64,000 nt of DNA. It comes from Eledone cirrhosa (taxonomy: Eukaryota). Made by a program: the position numbers and the translations under genes. Positions 13,307 to 25,528 of this stretch are shown here, piece by piece. Every line of letters starts with the position of its first letter. Within the stretch, counting starts at the first letter, position 1. The stretch covers positions 248,001 through 312,000 of the forward strand of contig OZ024763.1 in NCBI GenBank assembly GCA_964016885.1, written 5' to 3'. The notes under the pieces were generated by a model. That model was not told where the DNA came from. It was given only the letters and a program-made list of their open reading frames with translations, and ran no database searches.

Positions 13307-13384
13307 TTATATATATATATATATAAATTAATAAAAATAATGAATACAAACAAAGAAACAGTTCCTTATATTAAAAAATTCATC

Positions 13385-13512
13385 ATTTTACGATCGTTTC
13401 TAGGATATATATGTGTGTGTTGGTATGTATATCATATAGATCTATGTAAAACTTTTACAAACTATCAGAGGGAATATACATACCTACACATATATATGCT
13501 GTCTTCAGAAAT
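13385..13512 (-). ncRNA. Hammerhead-like motif with an expanded or interrupted stem II
   Basis: Minus strand reads attt-CTGAAGA-cagc...(~95 nt)...GAA-acgatcgt-A-aaat. Confidence 0.55.
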
Positions 13513-13529
13513 AATATATATATATATAT

Positions 13530-13566
<37 letters not shown>

Positions 13567-13818
13567 CCGTGTGTACATGGTAGAATGGTAGGAAGTGTAT
13601 ATAAATATATATATATATATATTTATATGTATATGTATGATGTGTTGGTAGGAAGTATATATATGTATGTATATGTATATATATATATGTATATATATGT
13701 ATGTATATGTATATATATATATATGTGTATATATGTATATATATGTATAGTGTGTATATAGTGCAGTGGTAGGTATATATATGTATGTGGTGTGTAGATG
13801 GAGTAGTAGGAAGTGTAT

Positions 13819-13850
<32 letters not shown>

Positions 13851-13883
13851 GATGTATATCTGGTGAAGTGGTAGGAAGTGTAT

Positions 13884-13935
<52 letters not shown>

Positions 13936-14207
13936 GTATGGTGTGTATATGGTGGGTGGTTAGCTGGTATCTGTTGTTAACTAAACAATTTAAGATAAGT
14001 AGAGAGGAGATAAGGTTATATCTTCCTTGTCTAAAGACCTCAGACATATTACCGTATGTAAGTGAGATGAAGACAAGCGGCAAATTGGTAGAATCATCAA
14101 AATGTCTGCTAGAATATTTGGCATATTTGGTATATTTATTCCAGCTCTCTCTACATTTCCAGAGTTCAATTCCAGCTGAAGAAAACTTTGCCTTTCATCC
14201 TATAAGA

Positions 14208-14395
14208 ATTGGTTCTACTTTAGGCACAAAGCCAGCAATGTTTTTTGCGGGGGGGAAGGGAAAGTCTTGATTAAATTAAGCCCAATGCATTACTGGTACT
14301 TTATTTTATCGACTCCCGTAAGGCTGAAAGACGAAACTAACTTCACCAGGATTTGGACTCAAAACGTAATAGGCTGTAACTCTATGCTACAAAGC
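14208..14395 (-). mobile_element. SINE family B (diverged)
   Basis: 'ttctactttaggcacaaagccagc...ctggtactttattttatcgac'. Confidence 0.75.
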
Positions 14396-14523
14396 ATGTG
14401 TGCTACAGCTGATGAAAGGTGCATATATAGTACGCGCACCGTTTATATAATGATAATTATTGTTTACAGTGCTCAGGTGCACTACAATTCATCAAAGGTG
14501 CATGTATAGTACACAATAATTCT

Positions 14524-14566
<43 letters not shown>

Positions 14567-14701
14567 CATATATATAGCAAAGTAAGTGTGGTAAGAAACC
14601 AGGTGGACCATAATGCACCAGAGTACTCAATACTTAGGGTAGCAGAGTGGGTAATCTAGCTGTCGAAACAGCCAGACCTCAGCCATCGGGGTCCTGACTC
14701 T

Positions 14702-14760
<59 letters not shown>

Positions 14761-14780
14761 TGTGTGTATGTCTGTGTGTA

Positions 14781-14889
14781 TATCATGACTCATACACTGT
14801 TCACTTTCCTGACATTTGTACATTATTCTATGTACTATACATGCACCTTTGATGAGTTGTAGTGCACCTGAGCACTGTACACAATAATT

Positions 14890-14945
<56 letters not shown>
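14781..14945 (+). mobile_element. LINE-like 3' end with (ATT)n tail
   Basis: 'catgcacctttgatgagttgtagtgcacctgagcactgtacacaataatttc(att)n'. Further copies at 15877-16125 (+) and 14455-14520 (-). Confidence 0.65.
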
Positions 14946-15493
14946 TTTATTACCATAATACAGATAATTAAGCTGAAAATTATCATTACACCAGCGAATA
15001 TAAACTCAGAGAAAATTAATATTTACTCTTTGTCTTCCATTCATTTAGAATATCGGCCACACAGACAGACACACAGACAAACAGACAGACACTCAGATAA
15101 ACAGACAGACACCTAGCGCCATCTTTCAATGTTTCCTCGCTGGTCATTCTGCCAAACCAATATTAGATTTTCCCCCCAAAATTTATTAACCTTATTTTGT
15201 CTATTGTTTTGTTTACTATTGTCTTGATTCTTCTTTAAGCATCAAAACCTCCCTGTGCCAAAAAACACTCCCTTCCCTTGTCTTCACCCCCCCCCCCCTA
15301 AACACACACCACCTCTTTTCAACTGTTTTGTGACTTCCCCCACCATTCCCCTGCAGGTTCTACAATACAAGACTGTTTGTTTTAAAGTGTTTGTATTTAT
15401 CTAAAAACTTTCCATCATAATTTCATGTCAGAACCTTTGTCTTGTTTGCTTCCAAATACCAGCTTAATAACGAGAAAGTTAGTTATATTATTA

Positions 15494-15628
15494 CGTCCTC
15501 CCTTTACAGTCTGAGTTCAAATCCCGCCGAGGTTAACTTTGCCTTTCATCCTTACGGGGTCGATAAAATAAAGTACCAGTAATGTACTGGGTAATTGATG
15601 GCCTTGTGCCAAAAGTAGAAACAATTAT
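15494..15628 (+). mobile_element. SINE family B, 5'-truncated
   Basis: Matches 19920-20048. Flanked by 'attatta' on both sides. Confidence 0.85.
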
Positions 15629-15928
15629 TAAATCCCTCCAACTTTTTTGGTATTTTCAAAACTATTAATTCAAAAACAGAAAGGGTTAAAGTGTTTATAT
15701 TTATTTAAAAACCTTTCATCATAATTTTATAAAAGAACCTTTGTTATCTTTCAAACACCAGTTATTAGCTGTCGAGACACTGCATCCTTTAAAACCTCTA
15801 TGCTTCCTGAGATTCGCCAACACTACACCTAATGCCCCCCCCCCCCCCCCCCCCTCCATACATACGCACACATGTATATCATGACTCATACACTATTCAC
15901 ATCCCTGACATTTGTATATTATTCTATG

Positions 15929-16038
15929 AGTTCAAATTCCGCCGAGGTTAACTTTGCCTTACATCCTTACGGGGTCGATAAAATAAAGTACCAGTAATAC
16001 ACTGGGTAATTACTGGCCTTGTGCCAAAAGTAGAAACA
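15929..16038 (+). mobile_element. SINE family B, 5'-truncated, with an 11-bp target-site duplication
   Basis: attattctatg at 15918-15928 and 16039-16049. Confidence 0.9.
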
Positions 16039-16759
16039 ATTATTCTATGTACTATACATGCACCTTTGATGATTTGTAGTGCACCTGAGCACTGTGCACA
16101 ATAATTTCATTTTATTATTATTATATTACCAACAGTGTCTTTCATTAGAAATATGGTAACAAAAGGGTTAAAATGGTTATATTTATCGAACAACTTTCCA
16201 TCATAAACTGATGTAAGAACCTATGTTAAGTTATGTTCCAAATACCAACTTAAAAATGAGAAAGTTAGTTATATTACTAAATCCCTCCAAATTCTTCATT
16301 ATTTTCAAAATTATTTCAAACCACAGACAGTGGTTTTCCTTAAAAATATAGTAATGAAAGGACTGAAATGTTTATATTTATCTAAAATCTTTTTTATCAA
16401 AATTTTATGTTAGAACCTATGTTAAGTTATGTTCCAAACACCAACTTAGTGGTGAGAATATTAGTTATGTTATTAAATCCCTCCAACTTTTTTGTTACTT
16501 TCAAAACTAATTCAAAAACATAGAGAGTGTGTCTTTCATTAGAAATATGGTAATAAAAGGGTTAAAGTGTTTATATTTATCTAAAAACTTTCCTCCATTT
16601 GGTCATATCATCTCCCCCTCCACATCTTATTTCTCCTCCTGCTCTTTCTCCTCCACCCTTCTCTGGTGGTGGTATGGGAGAGGTTGTGTTGATGGTATGG
16701 GTTATGGAGATGATGTTGCTAGTGAAAGAATACAAATCCCTTTCTAAAGATATCTCATT

Positions 16760-16897
16760 AGTTACGTCCCTTTACGATCTGAGTTCAAATCCCGCCGAGG
16801 TTGACTTTGCCTTTCATCCTTACGGGGTCGATAAAATAAAGTACCAGTAATGTACTGGGGATAATTGCTGGCCTTGTGCCAAAAGTAGAAACTATTA
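16760..16897 (+). mobile_element. SINE family B, 5'-truncated
   Basis: Matches 19915-20048. Confidence 0.85.
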
Positions 16898-16949
16898 TTT
16901 AGCTGAGAAGATTGAATGGTTGAATGGTTGGTCGAATGGCTGGTAGGCT

Positions 16950-17262
16950 GGTTATGTAAATATCTTCACTTGGGAATAGCATGAATGCCACCACATCCCA
17001 TAGTAGTCTTATTTGTTTAATATGGATGGTTGACTGGCTGGTTGATTGGCTGGTTGGATGGTTGTCTGGCTAGTTATATAAATTGCTTCACTTGGGAATA
17101 GCATGAATGCCACCACATCCCATAGTAGTCTTATTTGTTTAATATGGATGGTTGACTGGCTGGTTGATTGGCTGGTTGGATGGTTGTCTGGCTAGTTATA
17201 TAAATATCTTCACTTGGGAATAGCATGAATGCCACCACATCCCATAGTAGTCTTATTTGTTT
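16950..17262. repeat. 122-bp tandem repeat, about 2.6 copies
   Basis: 'atgaatgccaccacatcccatagtagtc' at 16981, 17103 and 17225. Confidence 0.9.
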
Positions 17263-17608
17263 GATAAATATTTTTCTTAGGCATTGCATAATTAATTGAT
17301 TTGTTTGTTTTTAATTATGTGACTTGAATAATTAGAGTAAAAGATTATTGTAATTGGTAGATATTGGTGTGTGGGGAAGGGGGTGGATGTGTGAGAGTGT
17401 GTCTGTGTGTGTGTGTGTGGGGGGGGGGGTTATATGTGTGTATGTATGTGGGTGCAAGTGTGTGGGTGTTTGTTTGTTTTATATGTGTTTGTTTGTATGT
17501 GTGTGTGTATATATATATATATAAATATATATGTGTGTTTGAAAAATGGATGTTAAACTTTGATGATATATATATATATATAAGTGTATATACACACATA
17601 CACATACA

Positions 17609-17672
<64 letters not shown>

Positions 17673-17772
17673 CATATATATACACACAGACACATACATG
17701 TGTGTGTCTGTGTGTGTGTGTATATATATATATATATGTATATATACACACACATACATGTGTATGTATGTA

Positions 17773-17820
<48 letters not shown>

Positions 17821-18014
17821 CACATACATGTGTATGTATGTATATATATTGTCTGTCTCAACATTGATATTTTACAACCGATACAAAACAAGTTTCTGAT
17901 TAATTAGTATCAATTAAGTTTGTATTAATTAGCATCAAATTAGTCCTAATTAGTTTAAATAAGCTATGAATGCCAGTATTAAATGTATCCAGAGACAGGC
18001 TTGTTACTCATAAA

Positions 18015-19610
18015 CTTACAGACTTAGCAAAAAACTATAGGCCTATAGCTGTGTGTCTTATATTTATTGTTATATAGAGGTAACAGACTTAGCAAAAAAC
18101 TATAGGCCTATAGCTGTGTGTCTTATATTTATTGTTATATAGAGGTAACAGACTTAGCAAAAAACTATAGGCCTATAGCTGTGTGTCTTATATTTATTGT
18201 TATATAGAGGTAACAGACTTAGCAAAAAACTAATAGGCCTATAGCTGTGTGTCTTATATTTATTGTTATATAGAGGTTACAGACTTAGCAAAAAACTAAT
18301 ATGCCTATAGCTGTGTGTCTTATATTTATTGTTATATAGAGGTAACAGACTTAGCAAAAAACTAATAGGCCTATAGCTGTATGTCTTATATTTATTGTTA
18401 TATAGAGGTTACAGACTTAGCAAAAAACTAATAGGCCTATAGCTGTGTGTCTTATATTTATTGTTATATAGAGGTTACAGACTTAGCAAAAAACTAATAG
18501 GCCTATAGCTGTGTGTCTTATATTTATTGTTATATAGAGGTAACAGACTTAGCAAAAAACTAATAGGCCTATAGCTGTATGTCTTATATTTATTGTTATA
18601 TAGAGGTTACAGACTTAGCAAAAAACTAATAGGCCTATAGCTGTGTGTCTTATATTTATTGTTATATAGAGGTTACAGACTTAGCAAAAAACTAATAGGC
18701 CTATAGCTGTGTGTCTTATATTTATTGTTATATAGAGGTTACAGACTTAGCAAAAAACTAATAGGCCTATAGCTGTGTGTCTTATATTTATTGTTATATA
18801 GAATTTACAGACTTAGCAAAAAACTAATAGGCCTATAGCTGTATGTCTTGTATTTATTGTTATATAGAGGTTACAGACTTAGCAAAAAACTAATAGGCCT
18901 ATAGCTGTGTGTCTTATATTTATTGTTATATAGAGGTTACAGACTTAGCAAAAAACTAATAGGCCTATAGCTTTATGTCTTATATTTATTGTTATATAGA
19001 GGTAACAGACTTAGCAAAAAACTAATAGGCCTATAGTTGTATGTCTTATATTTATTGTTATATAGAGGTTACAGACTTAGCAAAAAAACTATAGGCTTTT
19101 TGTGTATGTTTTACAGTGTTATAGCCTGAGCTGTGTGTCTTATATTTATTCTTAAATAGAAACTTACAGACTTAGCAAAAAACTATAGGCCTATAGCTGT
19201 CTTATATTTATTGTTATATAGAGGTTACACACTTAGCAAAAAAACTATAGGTTGTTTGTGTATGTTTTACAGTGTTATAACCAGAGCCAAAAAAGTATAG
19301 GCTTATAGCTGTATGTCTTATATTTATTGTTAAATAGAAACTTACAGACTTAGCAAAAAACTATAGGCCTATAGCTGTATGTCTTATGTTTATTGTTATA
19401 TAGAGGTCACAGGCTTAGCAAAAAAACTATAGGTTGTTTGTGTATGTTTTACAGTGTTATAACCATAGCCAAAAAAGTATAGGCCTATAGCTGTATGTCT
19501 TATATTTATTGTTACATAGAAACTTACAGACTTAGCAAAAAACTATAGGTTTATAGCTATATCGTTTATATTGTTATATAGAGGTTATAGCAAAAAACTA
19601 TAGGCTGTAT
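18015..19610. repeat. 65/66-bp minisatellite, about 17 homogeneous copies followed by variant units
   Basis: 'acagacttagcaaaaaacta(a)taggcctatagctgtgtgtcttatatttattgttatatagaggt'. Confidence 0.95.
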
Positions 19611-19734
19611 GGTATATATATATATATATATATAGCCTCAAAACTATAGTAAAACAAAGACTACACCTTCCCCCTACTCCCTCACACATACTCTCTCACT
19701 CACACACACACATACACACTCACATATACACACA

Positions 19735-19770
<36 letters not shown>

Positions 19771-19859
19771 TATATGTAGTCAAAACTTGGATGTGAAAAA
19801 GGAAACAGTACTCAATCTGGTATGGGAGGCGATATCAATATATCATTAATATATATATA

Positions 19860-20048
19860 AGGGCGGTGGATTGGCAGTATCGGTAGAGGGTCGGACGCCA
19901 TGCTTTCCAGCATTGTTACGTCCCTTTACGGTCTGAGTTCAAATCCCGCCGAGGTTGACTTTGCCTTTCATCCTTACGGGGTCGATAAAATAAAGTACCA
20001 GTAATACACTGGATAATTGCTGGCCTTGTGCCTAAAGTAGAAACAATT
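19860..20048 (+). mobile_element. tRNA-derived SINE family B, full length
   Basis: A box TGGCAGTATCGG, B box GAGTTCAAATCC, conserved body 'ctttgcctttcatccttacggggtcgataaaataaagtaccag'. Confidence 0.9.
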
Positions 20049-20057
20049 AATATATAT

Positions 20058-20470
20058 AATTGTTTCTACTTTTAGTACAAGGCCAGCAATTACCCCCAGT
20101 GTATTACTGGTACTTTATTTTATCGACTCTGTAAGGATGAAAGGCAAAGTTAACCTCAGCAGCATTTCAACCAATTACCCCAGTGTATTACTGGTGCTTT
20201 ATTGTATCGACTCCCGTAAGGATGAAAGGCAAAGCTAACCTCGGCGGGATTTGAACTCAGAACGTAAAGGGCCATAACTCTATGCTGCAAAGCATGGTGT
20301 CTGATGCTCTACCGATACTGCCAATCATGGTTTCTGATTTAGGCACAAGGCCAGAAATTTTAAAGGAAAGGAAAGTCGATAACATCAACCCCAGCACATT
20401 ACTGGTACTTTATTTTATCGACCCCGTAAGGATGAAAGGCAAAGTTAACCTTGGCGGGATTTGAACTCAA
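20058..20470 (-). mobile_element. Three stacked SINE family B fragments
   Basis: Reverse-complement body repeated at about 20058-20160, 20172-20325 and 20328-20470. Confidence 0.85.
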
Positions 20471-20497
20471 TAATAATAATAATTATTATTATGATGA

Positions 20498-20715
20498 GAA
20501 GGGCAGTGGATTGGCAGAATCGGTAGAGGGTCAGACAACATGCATTGTGGCACAGAGTTATGGCCCTTTACATTCTGAGTTCAAATCCTGCTAAGATTAG
20601 ATTTGCCTTTCATCCTTACTGATAAAATAAAGTACCAGTAATGGACTGGGGTCGATTTAATCGACTTTCCCCTCCCCCAAAATTGCTGGCCTTGTGCCTA
20701 TACTAGAAACAATTA
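20498..20715 (+). mobile_element. SINE family B with (ATT)n tail
   Basis: Same head and body as 19860. Confidence 0.85.
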
Positions 20716-20956
20716 TTATTATTATTATTATTATTTATTTAGTTATTTTTAAATTAATTTATTTATTAATTTATTTATTAATTTATTTATTAATTTATTT
20801 AGTGAATTGAAAATTATCTGAAGGCAAATTTTCAAAAAATAAATTAGAAGATTGAAATTGTATTTTTTCCCTAGAAAATTGTATTTTAAAACAGATTCTG
20901 AGGAGATTAAAGTAAATACAATTTCTTTTCTTTCTTAATTTAAACATTTTTTCTTA

Positions 20957-21975
20957 ATGTGTTGAATAATGTGACACTGTGTTGAGGTGGTGTGTTACAC
21001 ACTACATATGTGTGTATGTTGAATAATGTGAGACTGTGTTGAGGTGGTGTGTTATACACTACATATGTGTGTTGAATAATGTGAGACTGTTGATGTGGTG
21101 TGTTACACACTACATATGTGTGTTGAGGTAGTGTGTTACACACTTCACATAAATGTATTGAATAATGAAAGACTGTGTTAAGTTGGTGTGTTACAATACA
21201 TATGTGTGTGTTGAATAATGTGAGACTGTGTTGAGGTGGTGTGTTACACACTACATATGTGTTGAATAATGTGAGACTGTGTTGAGGTGGTGTGTTACAC
21301 ACTACATATGTGTTGAATAATGTGAGACTGTGTTGAGGTGGTGTGTTACACACTACATATGTGTGTTGAATAATGTGAGACTGTGTTGAGGTGGTGTGTT
21401 ACACACTACATATGTGTGTGTTGAGGTGGTGTGTTACACACTTCACATAAATGTGTTGAATAATGAAAGACTGTTGAGATGGTGTGTTACACACTACATA
21501 TGTGTGTGTTGAGGTGGTGTGTTACACACTTCACATAAATGTGTTGAATAATGAAAGACTGTTGAGGTGGTGTGTTACACACTACATATGTGTTGAATAA
21601 TGAAAGACTGTTGAGATGGTGTGTTACACACTACATATGTGTGTGTTGAGGTGGTGTGTTACACACTTCACATAAATGTGTTGAATAATGAAAGACTGTT
21701 GAGGTGGTGTGTTACACACTACATATGTGTTGAATAATGAAAGACTGTTGAGGTGGTGTGTTACACACTACATATGTGTTGAATAATGAAAGACTGTTGA
21801 GGTGGTGTGTTACACACAACATCTGTGTTGGAGATGGTAGGTAACACACTACACATATGTGTATATATAATGTAAGACTATGTTAGAAATGGTGTGTTAC
21901 ACACTACAGACAAGTGTGTATATAATGTAACACTGTGTTGATATAGTGATATGTGTATATAATGTAAGACTGTGT
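20957..21975. repeat. ~50-bp variable minisatellite
   Basis: 'gtgttgaataatg(t/a)(g/a)agactg(tg)ttgaggtggtgtgttacacactacatat' repeated, with shorter variant units. Confidence 0.9.
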
Positions 21976-21990
21976 ATATATATATATATA

Positions 21991-22370
21991 TATTACAAAA
22001 TAACAGGAGGCATGTTCTGGTGTAAATCCTTGAAAGGTTTATTTTACTATGATCATTTCAGTGACTGGGTTCAGTATGAATCCGGTGACATCATCAGGTA
22101 TTCAAAATATAACGAAGGAATATATCAGATAAAAATTTTTGGTGTTTAAATCGAGGGTGGCCGAGGTAGATACAAGTTGCTAAAATACCGTCCGTCCTCT
22201 TGTCTCTGATTTAAACACCAAAGATTTTTATCTGATATATTCCTTCGTTATATTTTGAATTACCTGATGATGTCACCGGATTCATACTAAACCCGGTCAT
22301 TGAAATGATCATAGTAAAATAAACCTTTCAAGGATTTACACCAGAACATGTCTCCTGTTATTTTGTAATA
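21991..22370. repeat. ~160-bp inverted repeat (Penelope-like end) with a hammerhead in each arm
   Basis: Arms 21991-22152 and 22208-22370 are near-perfect reverse complements. Confidence 0.9.
22260..22317 (+). ncRNA. Minimal type-I hammerhead ribozyme motif
   Basis: ttac-CTGATGA-tgtcaccgg...ccggtcatt-GAA-atgatcat-A-gtaa. Antisense copy at about 22053-22100. Confidence 0.75.
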
Positions 22371-22530
22371 ATTAACTCCGTACTCGCACTACCAACTACA
22401 CAAACGAAGACGAGTGGTTGCGTTACGTTGAGTGCTTTCCATAACATTACATCGTGGCTGACCACACAGAATGACCAGTTCTATCCAATGGTGAACCAAC
22501 AAACCCAAATATATATATATATATATATAT

Positions 22531-22845
22531 ATCATCATCATCATCATCATCACCGTTTTATGTCCGTTCTTCCACGCTAGCATGGGTTAGACGGGTTGTC
22601 CTGTTGTGTGCAGTGTCTGGTCGGCTGACCATGCCTTGCTCATACAGGAACTGATTTAGCTTGATTTCTACAGCTGGATGCCCTTCCTAACACCAACCTC
22701 ATTTACAGTGAGTGCTGGGTGCTTTTTCGTGGCGCCTACACGTCCACTTTACAGTGTGGGCTGGGTGCTTTTTTGCCGTGGCACCTCCACGACCACCTTG
22801 CGGTGGGGGGTGTGGGGGCATATTGTCTATATGCTTCAGCTTGTA
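22531..22845 (-). mobile_element. RTE-like 3' UTR fragment with (TGA)n tail
   Basis: Reverse complement of 47850-48170. Shares its distal part with SINE A. Confidence 0.8.
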
Positions 22846-22928
22846 TATATATATATATATATATTGTCTATATGCTTCAGCTTGTATATATATATATATA
22901 TTGTCTATATTGTCTATATACTCCAGCT

Positions 22929-22962
<34 letters not shown>

Positions 22963-23065
22963 CTATATACTCCAGCTTGTATATATATATATATATATAT
23001 ATTGTCTATATACTTCAGCTTGTATATATATATATATATATATATATTGTCTATATACTCCAGCT

Positions 23066-23105
<40 letters not shown>

Positions 23106-23146
23106 CTATATGCTTCAGTTTGTATATATATATATATATATATATA

Positions 23147-23268
23147 TTTCTGATGAAGGATTAGTGTCTGAAACATTAAGATCCTCTTCCTGCTATTTCA
23201 AGCGTTAAACTAATATATTCCTGTATTTACTGTACTGTTTGTGTTGTTATTTCTGTTTACCTTTTATA
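23147..23268 (+). ncRNA. Hammerhead-bearing dispersed repeat (family also at 26.3, 48.9 and 50.5 kb)
   Basis: CTGATGA-aggat-tagt-gtct-GAAAcattaag plus shared downstream 'tgctatttcaagcgttaa'. Confidence 0.6.
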
Positions 23269-23270
23269 TT

Positions 23271-23308
<38 letters not shown>

Positions 23309-23317
23309 CATACATAC

Positions 23318-23351
<34 letters not shown>

Positions 23352-23353
<2 letters not shown>

Positions 23354-23552
23354 CAAAGAAAGTGTCGTAAGAAACGAGGTGAACCATAACGCACCAGAGT
23401 ACTCGATACTTGAGGTAGTAGAGTGGGTAATATGAAAAGATACAGGACCCCGACGGCAGAGCTCCGGCCGTTTCGACAGCTAGATCCTAACTTTTCGGAT
23501 CTAGCTGTCGAAACGGTCGGAGCTCTGCCGTCGGGGTCGTGAATCTTTTCAT
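23352..23552. repeat. Dispersed repeat family F ending in a ~55-bp-arm hairpin
   Basis: Arms about 23431-23486 and 23496-23552. Related copies at 14580, 47025, 48520, 50642 and 59070. Confidence 0.85.
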
Positions 23553-23881
23553 AGTGGTTAGAGCATTGGCCTTGCAATCGAAAGGCTGTGAGTTCAATTC
23601 TCAGACCGGGTGATGTGTTGTTTCCTTGAGCAAGACACTTTATTTCACATTGCTCCAGTTTACTCAGCTGTAGAAATGAGATGATAGGGACTGGGGTCCC
23701 TATCATTCCACTGCAAAGTGGTCGTGGAGGTGCCACGGCAAAAAAAAGCACCCAGCACTCACTGTAAATGAGGTTGGTGTTAGGAAGGGCATCCAGCTGT
23801 AGAAATCAAGCCAGAATCAGTTCCCGTCCCACCCTTGCAGGCAGGGAAGAAGCGGATGTAAAATGAAATGATGATGATGAT
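23552..23881 (+). mobile_element. CORE-like SINE family A (slightly 5'-truncated)
   Basis: Matches 2200-2540. Confidence 0.9.
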
Positions 23882-24122
23882 ATATAATAAAGTGTTGTGG
23901 TTTGCTTGAATCATTGTTGAATTGGAAATGTTTAATTTAAATCTGCCTTCCTAAGAAGTCATCTCCGATCAAGTCTCCCGTAGGGAGATTCCATTGATAA
24001 TGGGTTTTTAAACCCGAAAATATTTGGGATTTAAAAATTTGCTAAGGTAAGATTCTATTATTATCTTAGCAATTTTAATTTTTTAGTGCATTGTATGGTT
24101 TTCAAAATTATTTGAATTTGTG

Positions 24123-24162
<40 letters not shown>

Positions 24163-24247
24163 GACTCCCACCCCCTGTAAATTGCTGGCTTTGTGTCAAT
24201 GATAGAAACAATTAGAAATATGTTAATGAAAGTGTTCAAGTTCCACT

Positions 24248-24428
24248 ATGTGTGTCTGTCTGTGTATATGTCAGTGTGTCTGCGTGTGTCTGTATGTATG
24301 TGTTTATGTGTGTGTGTATATATGTATGTCTGTCTGTATGCCTCTGTGTGTGTGTTTGTATGATTGTATATGTGTGTTTGTACGTGTGTGTATGTATCTA
24401 TATCTGTGTGTGTCTATATGTAGGTGTA

Positions 24429-24469
<41 letters not shown>

Positions 24470-24807
24470 CCCTGTCTGTATGTCTGTGTGTGTGTATCCA
24501 TGTCTGCATATGTGTGTGTGTGTCTGTATATATGTGTCTGTATGTATGTGTGTCTGTATATGTGTACGTGTGTGTGTCTATGTATATGTCTTTATATGTG
24601 TATATATATATGTCTGTATGTATATGTGTGCCTATGCGTGTGTGTGTGTGTATATGTCTGTGTGTGTGTGTGTGTGGGTGTCTGTATATGTATGTGTGTG
24701 TATATGTGTGTGTATGTCTGTATAATGTGTGTCTGTATGTGTGTGTGTGTGTGTGTGTGTGTCTGTATGTGTGTGTGTCTGTATATGTGTGTGTGTATGT
24801 CTGTATA

Positions 24808-24840
<33 letters not shown>

Positions 24841-24888
24841 CTGTATATATGTGTGTGTATGTCTATATGTATATATGTATGTGTGTGT
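24248..24888. repeat. (TG)n-rich degenerate microsatellite
   Basis: Seen directly in the sequence. Confidence 0.9.
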
Positions 24889-24955
24889 TGTTGCTTTTGG
24901 CAACCATAGCTGGTGTTAATGACAAGAGAGGATCACAGAATGTGATGAATGAGTG

Positions 24956-24988
<33 letters not shown>

Positions 24989-25110
24989 CACTACTACTAC
25001 CACCACTACCACTACCACCAACACCACTACGACTGTCACTAGCACCACCACTACTACTACTACCACTACCACTACTACAACCACCACCACCACTACTACT
25101 GCCACTAGCA

Positions 25111-25148
<38 letters not shown>

Positions 25149-25421
25149 GCTGCTACCACCACCACCACCACTACTACTGTCACTAGCACCACCACTACTA
25201 CCACCACCACTACCACCATTACCACTACTACTACTACTGCTACCACTATTACTACTACCACCACCACCACCACTACTACTGCCACTAGCACCACCACTAC
25301 TACTACTACTACCACCACTACTACCACTACCACTACTACTGTCACTAGCACCACCACTACTACCACTACCACCACCACTACTACTACAACCACCACTACT
25401 ACTGCCACCACTACTACTACC

Positions 25422-25453
<32 letters not shown>

Positions 25454-25528
25454 CACTACTACTACTACAACCACTACCACCACCACTACTACAACCACTA
25501 CCACCACCACACCACTACAACCACTACT
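24956..25528. repeat. (ACT/ACC)n array
   Basis: Seen directly, with periodic 'gtcactagc/gccactagc' anchors. Confidence 0.95.

Larger units (their letters stand above)
15383..16593. repeat. Diverged ~200-bp tandem repeat ending in AAAGGGTTAA, interrupted by retroposons
   Basis: 'aaagtgtttatatttatctaaaaacttt' recurs near 15383, 15688, 16170, 16366 and 16564. 'aaatccctccaa' recurs three times. Confidence 0.75.
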
